In this document: positions 53,201 to 62,330 of the stretch, one piece after another
Position numbering within the stretch: position 1 is the first letter of the stretch
How the letters are laid out: every line of letters starts with the position of its first letter
Source: Rhynchobatus australiae
Taxonomy: Eukaryota
DNA length: 62,330 nucleotides
NCBI GenBank assembly: GCA_034780895.1
Contig: JAUZTB010000127.1
Location: forward strand, 51,128,997-51,191,326
Reading direction: 5' to 3'
The notes under the pieces: generated by a model
What the model was told of the DNA's origin: nothing
The model's database searches: none
What the model saw: the letters and a program-made list of their open reading frames with translations, nothing else
Position numbers and translations under genes: made by a program

Positions 53201-56200
53201 TTCCGTATTTGAAGCCAAGACAATGATTTTAATATAACAACATGTGTCCTTTAGATAAATTCGTATTGTCGGTAGACATGAAAACACTTCATCGTACCCT
53301 TGTGGCCTTCCATGTGATTGAACGAATCCTAGAGGTATCTGGAACAGTATATTTGTTCTTCCAATCACATCCCATCTTGAAGAGATCCATGGCGTTCCCG
53401 GTTACCCTTACCAACCGAAAGTCAACGTGACAAAGAAATACTCCTATTATTCCTGTCCAAATTTGCTGCCACTATCTGGCACATTTTGAACAGAGATAAT
53501 GTAGACACTGAGATAATGTAGCCTTCCCCTTGTTCCTGTCCTTCCCAAAGGGTTCCAGGAACTCCAGCAACATCTGGAAGGTTATTTCCCTGATTTTCCC
53601 AGTGCCAGATTATTGTCAAAATATTAGCTTGAATATTTCTCTTAGTTTTATGATACCACAGGTGTCTTTTTTTCATTGTCCAGGAACATGCGCGCGCACA
53701 CACACGCACACACAATTTAGCTGTAATATTCAAATTCACCAGTAATGTCATTCTCCTTGATACAACAGCATCACCAATCAACAATGTACTGAAGCAATAG
53801 ATATAATGCTTGCACCCTCTCTGTACTTCCATAGCTATTTCATTTTATATATTCCTATCTCTCTTTGATATTCCTGCTCCGCCCCGAGTTGACTCTCCAT
53901 TTTTATTGACTGCAATGCAGTTAGCAGGACTGCTGGCACAAAAGCGTACATTGAACAACCCAGAAATATTATAGACAATAGACAATAGGAGCAGAAGTAG
54001 ACCATTCGGCCCTTCGAGTCTGCACCGCCATTTTGAGATCATGGCTGNNNNNNNNNNNNNNNNNNNNNNNNNNNNNNNNNNNNNNNNNNNNNNNNNNNNN
54101 NNNNNNNNNNNNNNNNNNNNNNNNNNNNNNNNNNNNNNNNNNNNNNNCCTAACTTCCTCTACACATGTCACACTGCCACCCAACTTTGTATCATCAGCAA
54201 ACTTGCTAATGTTATTCTCAATGCGTTCATCTAAATCATTGACATAGATCGTAAACAGCTGCGGTCCCAGCACCGAGCCCGTGTTTGTGATTTCTGCAAA
54301 TTCCTAAATTTATTCACTATTCTTTTACAATTTTATATATTTTTTTCCTGAGAATCACAGTTTTATTTCATTATGTTGAGATTCCAGATATTTTAATTAT
54401 GTTTCTGCAACCACTAAAAATCATCGCTGAATGCAATGGTTACCAGATGCAAGGTGAATTGTGAAATTGCACGAGAACGCTGCCGAAGACTGATATTTAT
54501 TTCCCATTTCATTTACAGAGCACAGAGAAATTCAACTGGTGAATGGAGTGCATCGCTGTGAGGGGAGAGTGGAAGTGTTCTATAATGGGTCCTGGGGGAC
54601 AGTGTGCTCAGAAACACTGGAGCCGATTGATGCAAAGGTGATCTGCAAACATTTGCAGTGTGGTCCCCTCCAAAGTATTCGATATGACACCCAGAAATTC
54701 GGACCGGGATCAGGACCCATTTGGCTTGATGGTGTGGCCTGCATGTCACACGAGTTAACCCTTTGGCAGTGTCAATCAAAACCCTGGGGTGAACACAACT
54801 GTCAACACTCAGAGGATGCAGGTGTTATTTGTGCAGGTAATTTCGCGAATAAATCAGCATGATCACATCATTTCAAATAACATTATCGAATGAATAAAAG
54901 TGAATAATTTCCATTCTCGACAGACACCAAAATGCAGGATCGATCTCAGGGTTCAAAGGGCTGTTTTCGCGATTCGGATTCTGTTCCTTACAACTCGCCA
55001 GGTACATTTATTTCTCTGTTGTCTGCAAATTGAAACTGTTCCTGTTTCCTTCTTTTGACACGAAATAATTAATAAATTATTCTCTTTGATAGAATCCGGT
55101 GGACAGGTGCGAGTGGTTGGAAATGACAACAGCTGCTCAGGGAGGGTTGAAATATTTTCCAATAACAACTGGTCCACTGTGTGTGATGACTCCTGGGACA
55201 TGGCCGATGCTCATGTGGTCTGCAGGCAACTGGGTTGCGGACCCGCTCAATCGGCCCCAGGCGGTGGAGCTTTTGGTCAAGGTGATGGTGTGATCTGGCT
55301 GGATGAGTTGAAATGCACGGGAAGTGAGTCCTTTCTTTCCGACTGCGCTTCTTCGTCGCTGGATCGGCATGACTGTGATCACAAGGAAGACGCCAGTGTG
55401 ATTTGTTCCGGTGAGTGTCTCAGAAATCCGCTTCACCGACCGTTGATTATTTTTGCAGGTGTTGCATTTTTTGTGCAAATTTTCAGAGAACAAAGATCTT
55501 GAAATGCCTCTGATGTGACTTCCACAGATCCGGGCTTGTCTCCGACTGAGGATTCTGCATCAAATTTTGTAAGTGATCAGCAATGATAAAGTCTTAGTCT
55601 TATTATTAGAAAAAAAATGCCCTGGGCTTCACCAACATTTTATGTGGCAATGTGAACAGTATGCAACATTCCAGGGCACTCCGGCCCTCCCATATTTGAA
55701 AATTGCAGTTAAACTCATTAATTTCATTTAGTATTACGCTATGATTATCCACCAAGATTATCGGGTACATGATGTAGGTACACGGCACTTTCCCTGATGC
55801 TATGTACGCAGCAATTCTGAGGGAATGTTTAGCCAGCACTTTGTGCACAAGATGCGGTTATGAAACTGATGAATTCATTTCCAGTTTTTGATAAAGACAA
55901 GACACGGAGTTGGCCTTAAGTAGTATCTGTTCTTATTATGGACAGGGGCGAGAGACCGTCTCCATTCCGGTGGCTGTCTGTATTGTACTTGGTGTCCTTT
56001 TCATTTCTGGCCTGGTCTCCTTGTTTGCCGTAGCGAGGAGCAAGACAGCAAGAAGAGGTGAGACTCCATTTGTGCAGCTCAATTTATGTTGCCACTCAAA
56101 AATGGTTTCTTATGCAGTGGCTTCTCCGAGTTCTTTGCACGTTTTCAAAACAAAATGCGCCCTGAGGCGGCTCTATCCATTCACGTTATCTGAGCACCAC

Positions 56201-57527
56201 GAGCTCCATGCACCCCTTGCAAACTAATGACTCCAGAAAAGATCAGTTAATGTCACTCAAATTTGCTTCATTTAAATTGCCCCGTGTTTCTATGTCGTCA
56301 GGCGGCGGACGTGCATTTTGTTCTCCGAAAACCCCGTATTTGCACTCACAGCAAAGTTCCTCCACATACAGCCGATCTGAATATAGTACCAAACGTTGAC
56401 CGTCTCTTCGATTGCTGATAAACGTACATCAAAGCTTAATTTCTCAGACCTTTCTCTCTCTCTCTCTCGCTCTCTCCAACAGACTTTGCAAGTGGCGGAT
56501 GGGGTTACGGTGCTGATTTGTATGAAGCTGTTTACGAAGAGGTTGAAAATAATCCCTATAGTCAATATTATGTTCCGAGAAATTGTTCAGGTTCGCTTTG
56601 CATTTGATGCCGAATATTTACCGCATAATTACTATATCTCTTTATTAACCCTCTTAATCTCTGCACTGGTTGGTCACGGACAGCGATCCCCCCGATATAT
56701 TCATCCGGCGAACTGCCTTAAAATCTGTAAAATCAGAGTGTCATATGTGTTGGAATGCTTGCAAAGATTCCGGGATATTTCGCGTTGATAAAGCATTAGA
56801 TTCTTTTTGTTTGACATTTTGTGGAAACGTCTGCCTGCAAATCGTTTCCTGCTAATTACAGACTCTCATTGACGTGCGACCACGGAAGTAAGAGCCAGAT
56901 TTTCTGAAATAATCTTTCACGTATGGATTATCGACCCTAATAATGTCTTGTTATTTTCTGTCAGCTTGGATTTGTGAATCTAAAGCAGGAAAGAAACTAC
57001 CTCGGAAGATCTTGGGTAGAATACTCTATAGCAATATGTTCCTAAGTTCCAATGTAATGTCATTATGAAGTTCAGGCATCTGCATGCATTTTCCGTGAAA
57101 AATACTTTCTCCCACTTCCAGGTTCCTTTTCTGACAATTACGACGAAGCGGAGCCTGGAGAAACTGACACATTTGGAGGTGATTTGCTGACACGAGGTGA
57201 TAATGCCAACGAAGATCTCTCCAAACCAGGTGAGTTGAGATAATTACATTTCCTCATAGTATTAGGCAATGATGAACAGATCATGTTCATTGACAGAACA
57301 TGCTGCGATAGTATTTAATGTGCAACTAACGTGACATCTGCATCATCCCGTCTTCAACTCGTTATGGGTCTATTATCTGTCTTCCCACAGAGTGTGTCAC
57401 TTGGACCCGAGGGAACTCAGGTAGTCCGGTTACATATATACATGGTGGCGATCTTTCCTTTGACATCTTGCCCCAGTGCTCCGACAGACCAAGTGAGAAT
57501 ATTAATTTACCACCATGTAGCGGGTAA
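23252..57527 (+). CDS. Multi-exon CD163/WC1/SCART-like group-B SRCR transmembrane receptor. Model: join(23252..23297,27518..27550,28107..28421,31970..32224,39435..39749,50654..50968,52447..52761,54519..54836,55093..55410,55528..55568,55946..56057,56483..56590,57122..57229,57391..57527), about 911 aa
   Basis: Hand-spliced. All introns are GT-AG, phases are compatible, and the total of 2736 nt is divisible by 3 with no internal stop. Architecture: signal peptide, 7 SRCR domains (one per exon, the group-B hallmark), stalk, TM, Tyr-motif tail. Additional exons may be hidden in N-gaps, and exact orthology is not assigned. Confidence 0.85.
25460..25670. mobile_element. Short palindromic non-autonomous repeat
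   Basis: ATGCTGGAGGAGCTCAG...GCAGCATC pairs with GTTGCTACCCGACTTGCTGAGTTCCTCCAGTATTT. Related motifs at about 13090-13135 and 60610-60730. Confidence 0.6.
27518..27550 (+). CDS. Exon 2: 33-nt micro-exon (C)[10 protein letters not shown](E), completing the leader/N-terminus
   Basis: Acceptor TTTCTCCTTTCAG|, donor CAG|GTAATA, phase 1-1. Joins exon 1 to SRCR1 in frame. Confidence 0.65.
28107..28421 (+). CDS. SRCR domain 1 exon (6-Cys variant lacking C2 and C7)
   Basis: [20 protein letters not shown]...[10 protein letters not shown]...VVCRELDCG...DAGVICA. TTCCAG| acceptor, G|GTAAAA donor, 315 nt. Confidence 0.95.
28930..29330 (-). mobile_element. Degenerate CR1 endonuclease-region fragment
   Basis: [10 protein letters not shown] resembles the CR1 APE motif GVxYRPPNS. 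Confidence 0.45.
31970..32224 (+). CDS. SRCR domain 2 exon (short, 85 aa, C5-C6 loop deleted)
   Basis: [21 protein letters not shown]...ICG...VCKELSCG...[30 protein letters not shown]| acceptor, G|GTACAG donor, 255 nt, open frame. Confidence 0.88.
33145..33520 (+). mobile_element. CR1 3' end
   Basis: CTAGAGGGCATAGATTTAAG (RGHRFK) and tail GGCAACTTGGTCTGCATGGACAAGTTGGACCGAG...GTGCTGTA. Confidence 0.75.
34713..37165 (+). repeat. About 1.2-kb diverged direct duplication (34713-35888 versus about 35989-37165)
   Basis: Collinear throughout, with scattered substitutions and indels; separated by a 100-N gap. Confidence 0.9.
38449..38522 (-). repeat. Perfect 74-bp inverted copy of 36477-36550
   Basis: Exact reverse complement, checked base by base. 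Confidence 0.92.
39435..39749 (+). CDS. SRCR domain 3 exon (resembles the CD163/WC1 'c'-type domain)
   Basis: [20 protein letters not shown]...[26 protein letters not shown]...VANVICS, 8 Cys. CATAG| acceptor, G|GTGAGT donor, 315 nt. The type assignment is recalled similarity. Confidence 0.95.
39595..48075 (+). repeat. Multi-copy SRCR3 exon/intron unit. Copy A about 39435-42825; copy B about 42926-44790; copy C about 45160-46234; 47476-48075 repeats 42226-42825
   Basis: Direct collinear matches with copy-specific substitutions and indels. Confidence 0.9.
42926..43080 (+). CDS. Second copy of the SRCR3 exon (3' part only; 5' part lost in the N-gap)
   Basis: [31 protein letters not shown]...VAKVICS. 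Two substitutions versus 39595-39749; intact G|GTGAGT donor. Confidence 0.75.
47921..48158 (+). mobile_element. V-SINE with a CR1-type tail (paralogous copy at 42671-42825)
   Basis: A-box-like GGTAGTGTAGCGG head, GCGTGGGTTTCTTCCGGGTGCTCCGGTTT core, GGGCCGGAAGGGCCTGTT tail, A-rich end. Confidence 0.8.
50654..50968 (+). CDS. SRCR domain 4 exon (6-Cys variant lacking C2 and C7)
   Basis: [21 protein letters not shown]...[10 protein letters not shown]...VVCRELDCG...GVGVLCS. TGCAG| acceptor, G|GTACAT donor, 315 nt. Confidence 0.95.
52447..52761 (+). CDS. SRCR domain 5 exon (canonical 8-Cys)
   Basis: [22 protein letters not shown]...[11 protein letters not shown]...[18 protein letters not shown]...[17 protein letters not shown]| acceptor, G|GTAAAG donor. 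Confidence 0.96.
53971..54280 (-). mobile_element. Well-preserved 5'-truncated CR1 spanning a gap
   Basis: [32 protein letters not shown] (RT core) and a CR1 3' tail at 53971-54047. Confidence 0.88.
54519..54836 (+). CDS. SRCR domain 6 exon (canonical 8-Cys)
   Basis: [30 protein letters not shown]...[18 protein letters not shown]| acceptor, G|GTAATT donor, 318 nt. Confidence 0.96.
55093..55410 (+). CDS. SRCR domain 7 exon (membrane-proximal, canonical 8-Cys)
   Basis: [21 protein letters not shown]...[11 protein letters not shown]...[17 protein letters not shown]| acceptor, G|GTGAGT donor, 318 nt. Confidence 0.96.
55528..55568 (+). CDS. Stalk micro-exon [14 protein letters not shown]
   Basis: TTCCACAG| acceptor, |GTAAGT donor. 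It converts phase 1 to phase 0, which the phase-0 TM exon requires. Confidence 0.8.
55946..56057 (+). CDS. Transmembrane exon [37 protein letters not shown]
   Basis: About 23 hydrophobic residues followed by a basic stop-transfer segment. CAG| acceptor, G|GTGAGA donor. Confidence 0.9.
56483..56590 (+). CDS. Cytoplasmic exon 1 [36 protein letters not shown]
   Basis: Long CT tract plus CAACAG| acceptor, phase 1, WC1-like AVYEEV motif. The donor G|GTTCGC is weak. The frame differs from the ORF-track prediction here. Confidence 0.8.
57122..57229 (+). CDS. Cytoplasmic exon 2 [36 protein letters not shown]
   Basis: CCCACTTCCAG| acceptor, G|GTGAGT donor, 108 nt, acidic NYDEAE motif. Confidence 0.8.
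57391..57527 (+). CDS. Putative last cytoplasmic exon [45 protein letters not shown]
   Basis: CTTCCCACAG| acceptor, open in phase 1 to TAA at 57525-57527. A GTAAGA donor overlaps the stop at 57524, so the exon could instead splice onward. Confidence 0.55.
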
Positions 57528-59319
57528 GAGTACATTTTGAACATATTTCANNNNNNNNNNNNNNNNNNNNNNNNNNNNNNNNNNNNNNNNNNNNNNNNNN
57601 NNNNNNNNNNNNNNNNNNNNNNNNNNNNNNNNNNNNNNNNNNNNNNNNNNCAGTGCTCCGACAGACCAAGTGAGAATATTAATTTACCACCATGTAGCGG
57701 GTAAGAGTACATTTTGAACATATTTCACACAATGGCGGGAGTATCCAAGCCGCTGAATTTTCTCTTAGTAGTGGAAGGTTAGTCAGTTAGTGACGTTGAT
57801 ATGTGGTAGTAAATATTATCTAATTACAATTGAAGCATCCATATATTGTGTGTGATAAAGGTCGTTAATGTCATGAACAGTATCACGGAATGGGAACACA
57901 TGTCAAACGAATGCAAATCTTGTGCTAAGAAGCAACACCAGGACCATTCCCGTGTCCTGGATAACCCAGTTGCAAGGACTGTCGTCGGCTGGAGGAACTC
58001 GATCTCTGGGTAGTCGGTCCTCAGAAAAGCTGGCATCACTGCAATCCATCGAATTTACTCCAAGGAGGGGAAAAAAACACACGCAGTCTGTTATTTCAAC
58101 AGGCATTTGAGGACATCTCGCACTCTCACTGCAATTCGGTTGTGAATATTAACAGTTGCGTGAGGTGCATAGGGTTTGCCAGCGAAACCAAAACAAACAA
58201 TCAGGGCCCAGAGGTACATTGGGAAAGAATTAAGAAGGTAAAGAGAGCAAAATTAATAGATGATAAGACAAATTGAGGAGAGCTTACACCATTCTGCATT
58301 TGAAGGAAAGTCTTTTGTATCCACGTGCTTGGTCAGAGGTTGTTTAAAATTAACCTGTCAAGAGGATGGGAATTTGAACAGAGAATATGATGGGAGAAAA
58401 TAAAGTTTGCAAGGGAGACAGCAAAATCATTGAGTAAGTTACAAAGGCATGGAATGAAACCGGAAGGATTGAGAACATGAACCCTCTTTTGCTCAACCAG
58501 TGCTTGACTGCAGAGTAACTAGTGAATTGCAGGAAGTGAGGACATACACGCGCTTACCAAGCCTGAACGCGGCTTATACCGGCTGAATAAGGAGCTCAAC
58601 ATTCTTCCGCAGGTTTTCCAATCTGGAGGCACAGGAGTTTACAAAGGATAAATTGTACTGGTAATGTTATATGACGAGTGATTAAATTAATTTGAAGATT
58701 CAACAAATGACGAGATTGGGTTTAAATTTAAGGAACGAAGGAGGAGCAATTAGACCGATGATGTTGCCCAAAACACAGAAAGCTCTGAAAGAAAATTTCA
58801 GATACATTTGTGAAAAGTGCAAACAAAAATAGTCAATGATAGCTGGGATTCCAGTCGCGCTATTACTGACTGGAATTGTAACGAGGGTGCAAAATCCCTA
58901 AGATTGGGCACACCAAACACAGAAGGGTGTCAAATGCCAGATTTATTTTTAGTGAAAGAAGCTGTGCATCAGGAAGGACTATCAAAGAGATAGCTGTTGT
59001 GGAGTTGGCGATCAATGTCAATTAGATTCGGCTTTGTTATGGAAACGAACAATGATGAGTTAGATTTAAAAAAATATTCATTAATGATAAAGGAAAATGT
59101 TACAATGATGAAAATCGAATTAGCAAAAATAAAATCTGGAAACAGTCTATCATGGTAAAGGTAGCAGAAAAAATGAAACAATTCAAGAAGCCGTTTCAAA
59201 GCGTTCCACGGATGCTTTTACCACAGAGTAAAATTGCGAAACTAACAAACGTAGAATATAGAAGTTTATCAGCTTGTAAGACATGATGGGGTGTACTAAT
59301 TGCATAATAGATTTATAAA

Positions 59320-59880
59320 GTTATGGAGCTGGACGGCGAGGAATCAGACCGTTCAGCCCAAATTGCCCATGCCACCCGAAGTTCATTCCTGAGGTCGTTC
59401 GAATTGCCTACCTTTGGCTCTTCTGTCTCTCAGTTTTCCCATGCATTTATATATCTACATTACTTTTAAATGTTGTAATTGTGTCGCATATACTCTTTTA
59501 TTCTGGCATCTCATTTAGGATAGTCGTCACACTCTGCAGGAAAATATTGCTTCGCTGTTACCGTTGAAACCTCTTCAATTTCACTTTAAACCTATGCCCT
59601 CCAGTTTTAGACTTCCATTCCCATGGAAAAGTCTGCAACTGTCTACCCTATCTGTGTCCCTCATGATTTCATAAACCTCTAGAAGATCACCCCTCATCCT
59701 CCTTCACTCCATTCAAAACAGTCCCAGCCTATCCACTGTCTCCTGACAGCTAAAGTCCTCCAGTAGCAGCAACAAGCTTCTGATTTTTCTTCCTGCATTC
59801 TATTTATTTTAAGTACTTCCTTCCAATAACAAGGAAACCAGAACTACACGCAATACTCAAAGTGCGGTCTCGTCAACAAA
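59320..59880 (-). mobile_element. CR1 3' fragment
   Basis: AACCTATGCCCTCCAGT (RGHR motif, reverse complement) and GAACTACACGCAATACTCAAAGTGCGGTCT (RPHxEYCVxF-type, reverse complement). Confidence 0.7.
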
Positions 59881-62330
59881 AAAAAATACAGGAAGCTATG
59901 AGGGCAGCAAGAGTTTAATAATCCACACAGCCCAGAAGACTACAAAACAAATACAGGTGGCATTATAAAGGATTCGATATCTACAGAATGAGAATATAAA
60001 ATCAATGCTTCTGGGAAGTAATATAAAAGACCGTACTACGACATTTTGTAACTGCATAAAAACAGCATGATAAACAATGCAAATTAAAAAAAGTTAAATA
60101 TTGGGAAATATTGTGTGGACTTGGAGGATGCTAGTTAAATTAGAAACAAATCCCATTTGCCAGTTCCCTTACCTTCAGTAGTGAACAATGCTTTGGAAAG
60201 AATTTTTGGGGTTGTACAAACATCAGTTTGGAGAGGTACAGCTTAATCAAGAATAGTGAAAGCTGTTCTATCATGAGATGTTAGTATCGCAGTGATCTGA
60301 TACAAGACATGCAGAATAGAGGAACATTGATCCAAGCTAAAAAAATATCATGTGATACATTTGGAGAGATGCCATACATCGGGGGATAAATAATAAATCG
60401 AGGTAGAATGAGAGATGGAGCGTATATGTGCACGTAAAAAAAATATTGATAAGGTCGTAAACGCCAGTTCGGCCAATGTAATATTACTGCTGAATATCCT
60501 TCTCACTACATTACTTGAGAAAAATGCGTGCAGAAGGAGAACACACGGAAATTTACGAAGGTTTTACTAAAAGTGTAAACATTTGGGTTCGCGGGAAGAC
60601 AAAAAAGCCCCCGGTTGCTGGAACCTGGAACAACAAACAATCTGCCAGAGTAATTCAGTGGGCGGTGAAACAGTGATAATTCCATTCCTGTAGAAATGCT
60701 GCTCGACCCGCTGAATTCCGTCAATAGATTGTTATTTTGAGGGACGATTCGATTATCCGGTGTTGCTTTTTCTGGAACAATGGCATTTCAGGGGAGGCCT
60801 CACTGAAGGGAATACACTGAAGTAGAGTTCATGTGAAGCAATAACTGATGTAATGGAGAGTTCAAAAGTCAGGAAATGTAATGAATGTGGGTGTGTTAGT
60901 TTTAAAATAACGAACAGCAAGATCGGAGCGGAATGGCGGACGTTTCCACGCAGAAGACTTTACTGGTCTGGATCTCACAGTTTGAAAGGATAGGGGATCT
61001 CATATAAAAATATATGAACGTTGACTTGAAAGTATCTCATGTACAGTGACAAGGCATGCTGCAGTAATTGAAGGTGCTGGGCGGTTCTTTTGTGACTATC
61101 ACGGACAAGTTGGTCAGAGTGCCTTTTTATAAGTTGTGAATGTTCTCCGATTCCACTTCATTTATTTCTGTGATTCCGGTAACTGCACTTCTACAATTCC
61201 TGTAACTTCCAAAGGTAACGTGCTGTTTTCGCATTAATGTAATCATTGTTAGGAACAGATGGAGAAAGTATATTGAATATGCGATGAAGATATATTTCCG
61301 TGGGTTGTGCCTTTAAAATACCGATTAAATTATTCTATTTTCTNNNNNNNNNNNNNNNNNNNNNNNNNNNNNNNNNNNNNNNNNNNNNNNNNNNNNNNNN
61401 NNNNNNNNNNNNNNNNNNNNNNNNNNNNNNNNNNNNNNNNNNNAGTATATTGAATATGCGATGAAGATATATTTCCGTGGGTTGTGCCTTTAAAATACCG
61501 ATTAAATTATTCTATTTTCTTATCAGGTAAACATAAACATGCAATCCAGAATATGATTTTTCCGAGTTGCGCCACAGATCAGCAAAAATATTTTATATCA
61601 TACCAGAAGAGATGGTTCATTTTGCTTATTTCTCGGCTGTCTGAATATGCTGATGATGCATTCCGTCACAGTAGAATCATCACTTTATTCATGTCTTCAT
61701 CCTATTCCCTTTTGCCTAATTCATTTGCCCGTGCTCATAAACAAATTGCATTGAAAACAATTTTATTTTGTGCCAAATGAAGAAGATCAAATAAAAGTTT
61801 GTTTCAGAGTATTGTTCTGCTTATTTAGTTACTGCTAAGCTGAAAGCCGGGTAACAAGGAGTAGCAATCGTCCAACTTGCCCTTCGAAACTTCTTGCTAT
61901 TGTATGCTATCGTGACGGATCAACAATCCAATACGACATTTGCACTCTCTCCAAATTCCGTAATCTTTTTGGCTTCTATTAAGTTTCTCTCTATATAACT
62001 CCGATTTGAATATAATACACGATCTGACTTCACAGTATTTTGTGTTAGTGAATTCCTCAACAGCACCACTCTCTGCTTGCCGAAACCTCGCTTCAGCTTT
62101 GTCTTAATGTTGGTCCTGTACTTGAGGCTATGAGCACCAGCGCGTCCTCCCATCACCACCCCGTCAACACAGCCAAACAAGAAGTAGGAGACACATTCTT
62201 CTCACGTTCAGTCTCTTTATATCTTTCTGATTTATGCCAGACAATCTTCTGAACTGAATACAATGCATATCGTGTCGACCTACTCTCCTAGGACAGCTCT
62301 ATGAGATCGGCAATAAATCTGCAGATCCTA

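Noticed and set aside
28107-55410. Calling the gene DMBT1 or CD163 proper
   Set aside because: No CUB/ZP exons or repeated SID spacers were seen, and the domain series and tail differ from CD163. Orthology needs a phylogeny, so no symbol is given.
56396-56788. 130-aa ORF downstream of the TM exon
   Set aside because: Wrong frame. Splice phase and Tyr motifs support the 56483-56590 exon instead.

Overview
This is eukaryotic, AT-rich, repeat-laden genomic DNA. The repeat families and gene style point to a cartilaginous fish (inference). It comes from a draft assembly with many fixed 100-N gaps. I could hand-splice one gene on the + strand, about 23252-57527: a type-I membrane group-B scavenger-receptor cysteine-rich (SRCR) protein of the CD163/WC1/SCART family. 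It has a 46-nt signal-peptide exon, a 33-nt micro-exon, seven SRCR exons, a 41-nt stalk exon, a TM exon and three cytoplasmic exons. The cytoplasmic exons carry WC1-like tyrosine motifs ([17 protein letters not shown]). Every intron is GT-AG with matching phase, and the exons total 2736 nt (911 aa plus stop), not counting a duplicated copy of SRCR exon 3. Several SRCR domains lack whole disulfide pairs, and one is internally deleted. The SRCR3 exon/intron unit is present in multiple copies. The rest of the window is transposon-derived: a Gmr1-like Gypsy LTR element (tRNA-Pro PBS, 4-bp TSD, SCAN-like Gag), a second LTR of that family with an apparent empty-site copy assembled inside it, Penelope, CR1 and Rex1/Babar-like LINE fragments, and tRNA-derived V-SINEs. 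There is also a perfect 74-bp inverted templated insertion. Most ORFs in the supplied track are spurious. No prokaryotic-type features (CRISPR, rRNA, operons) were seen. Repeat family names come from recalled motifs, not from a database search.
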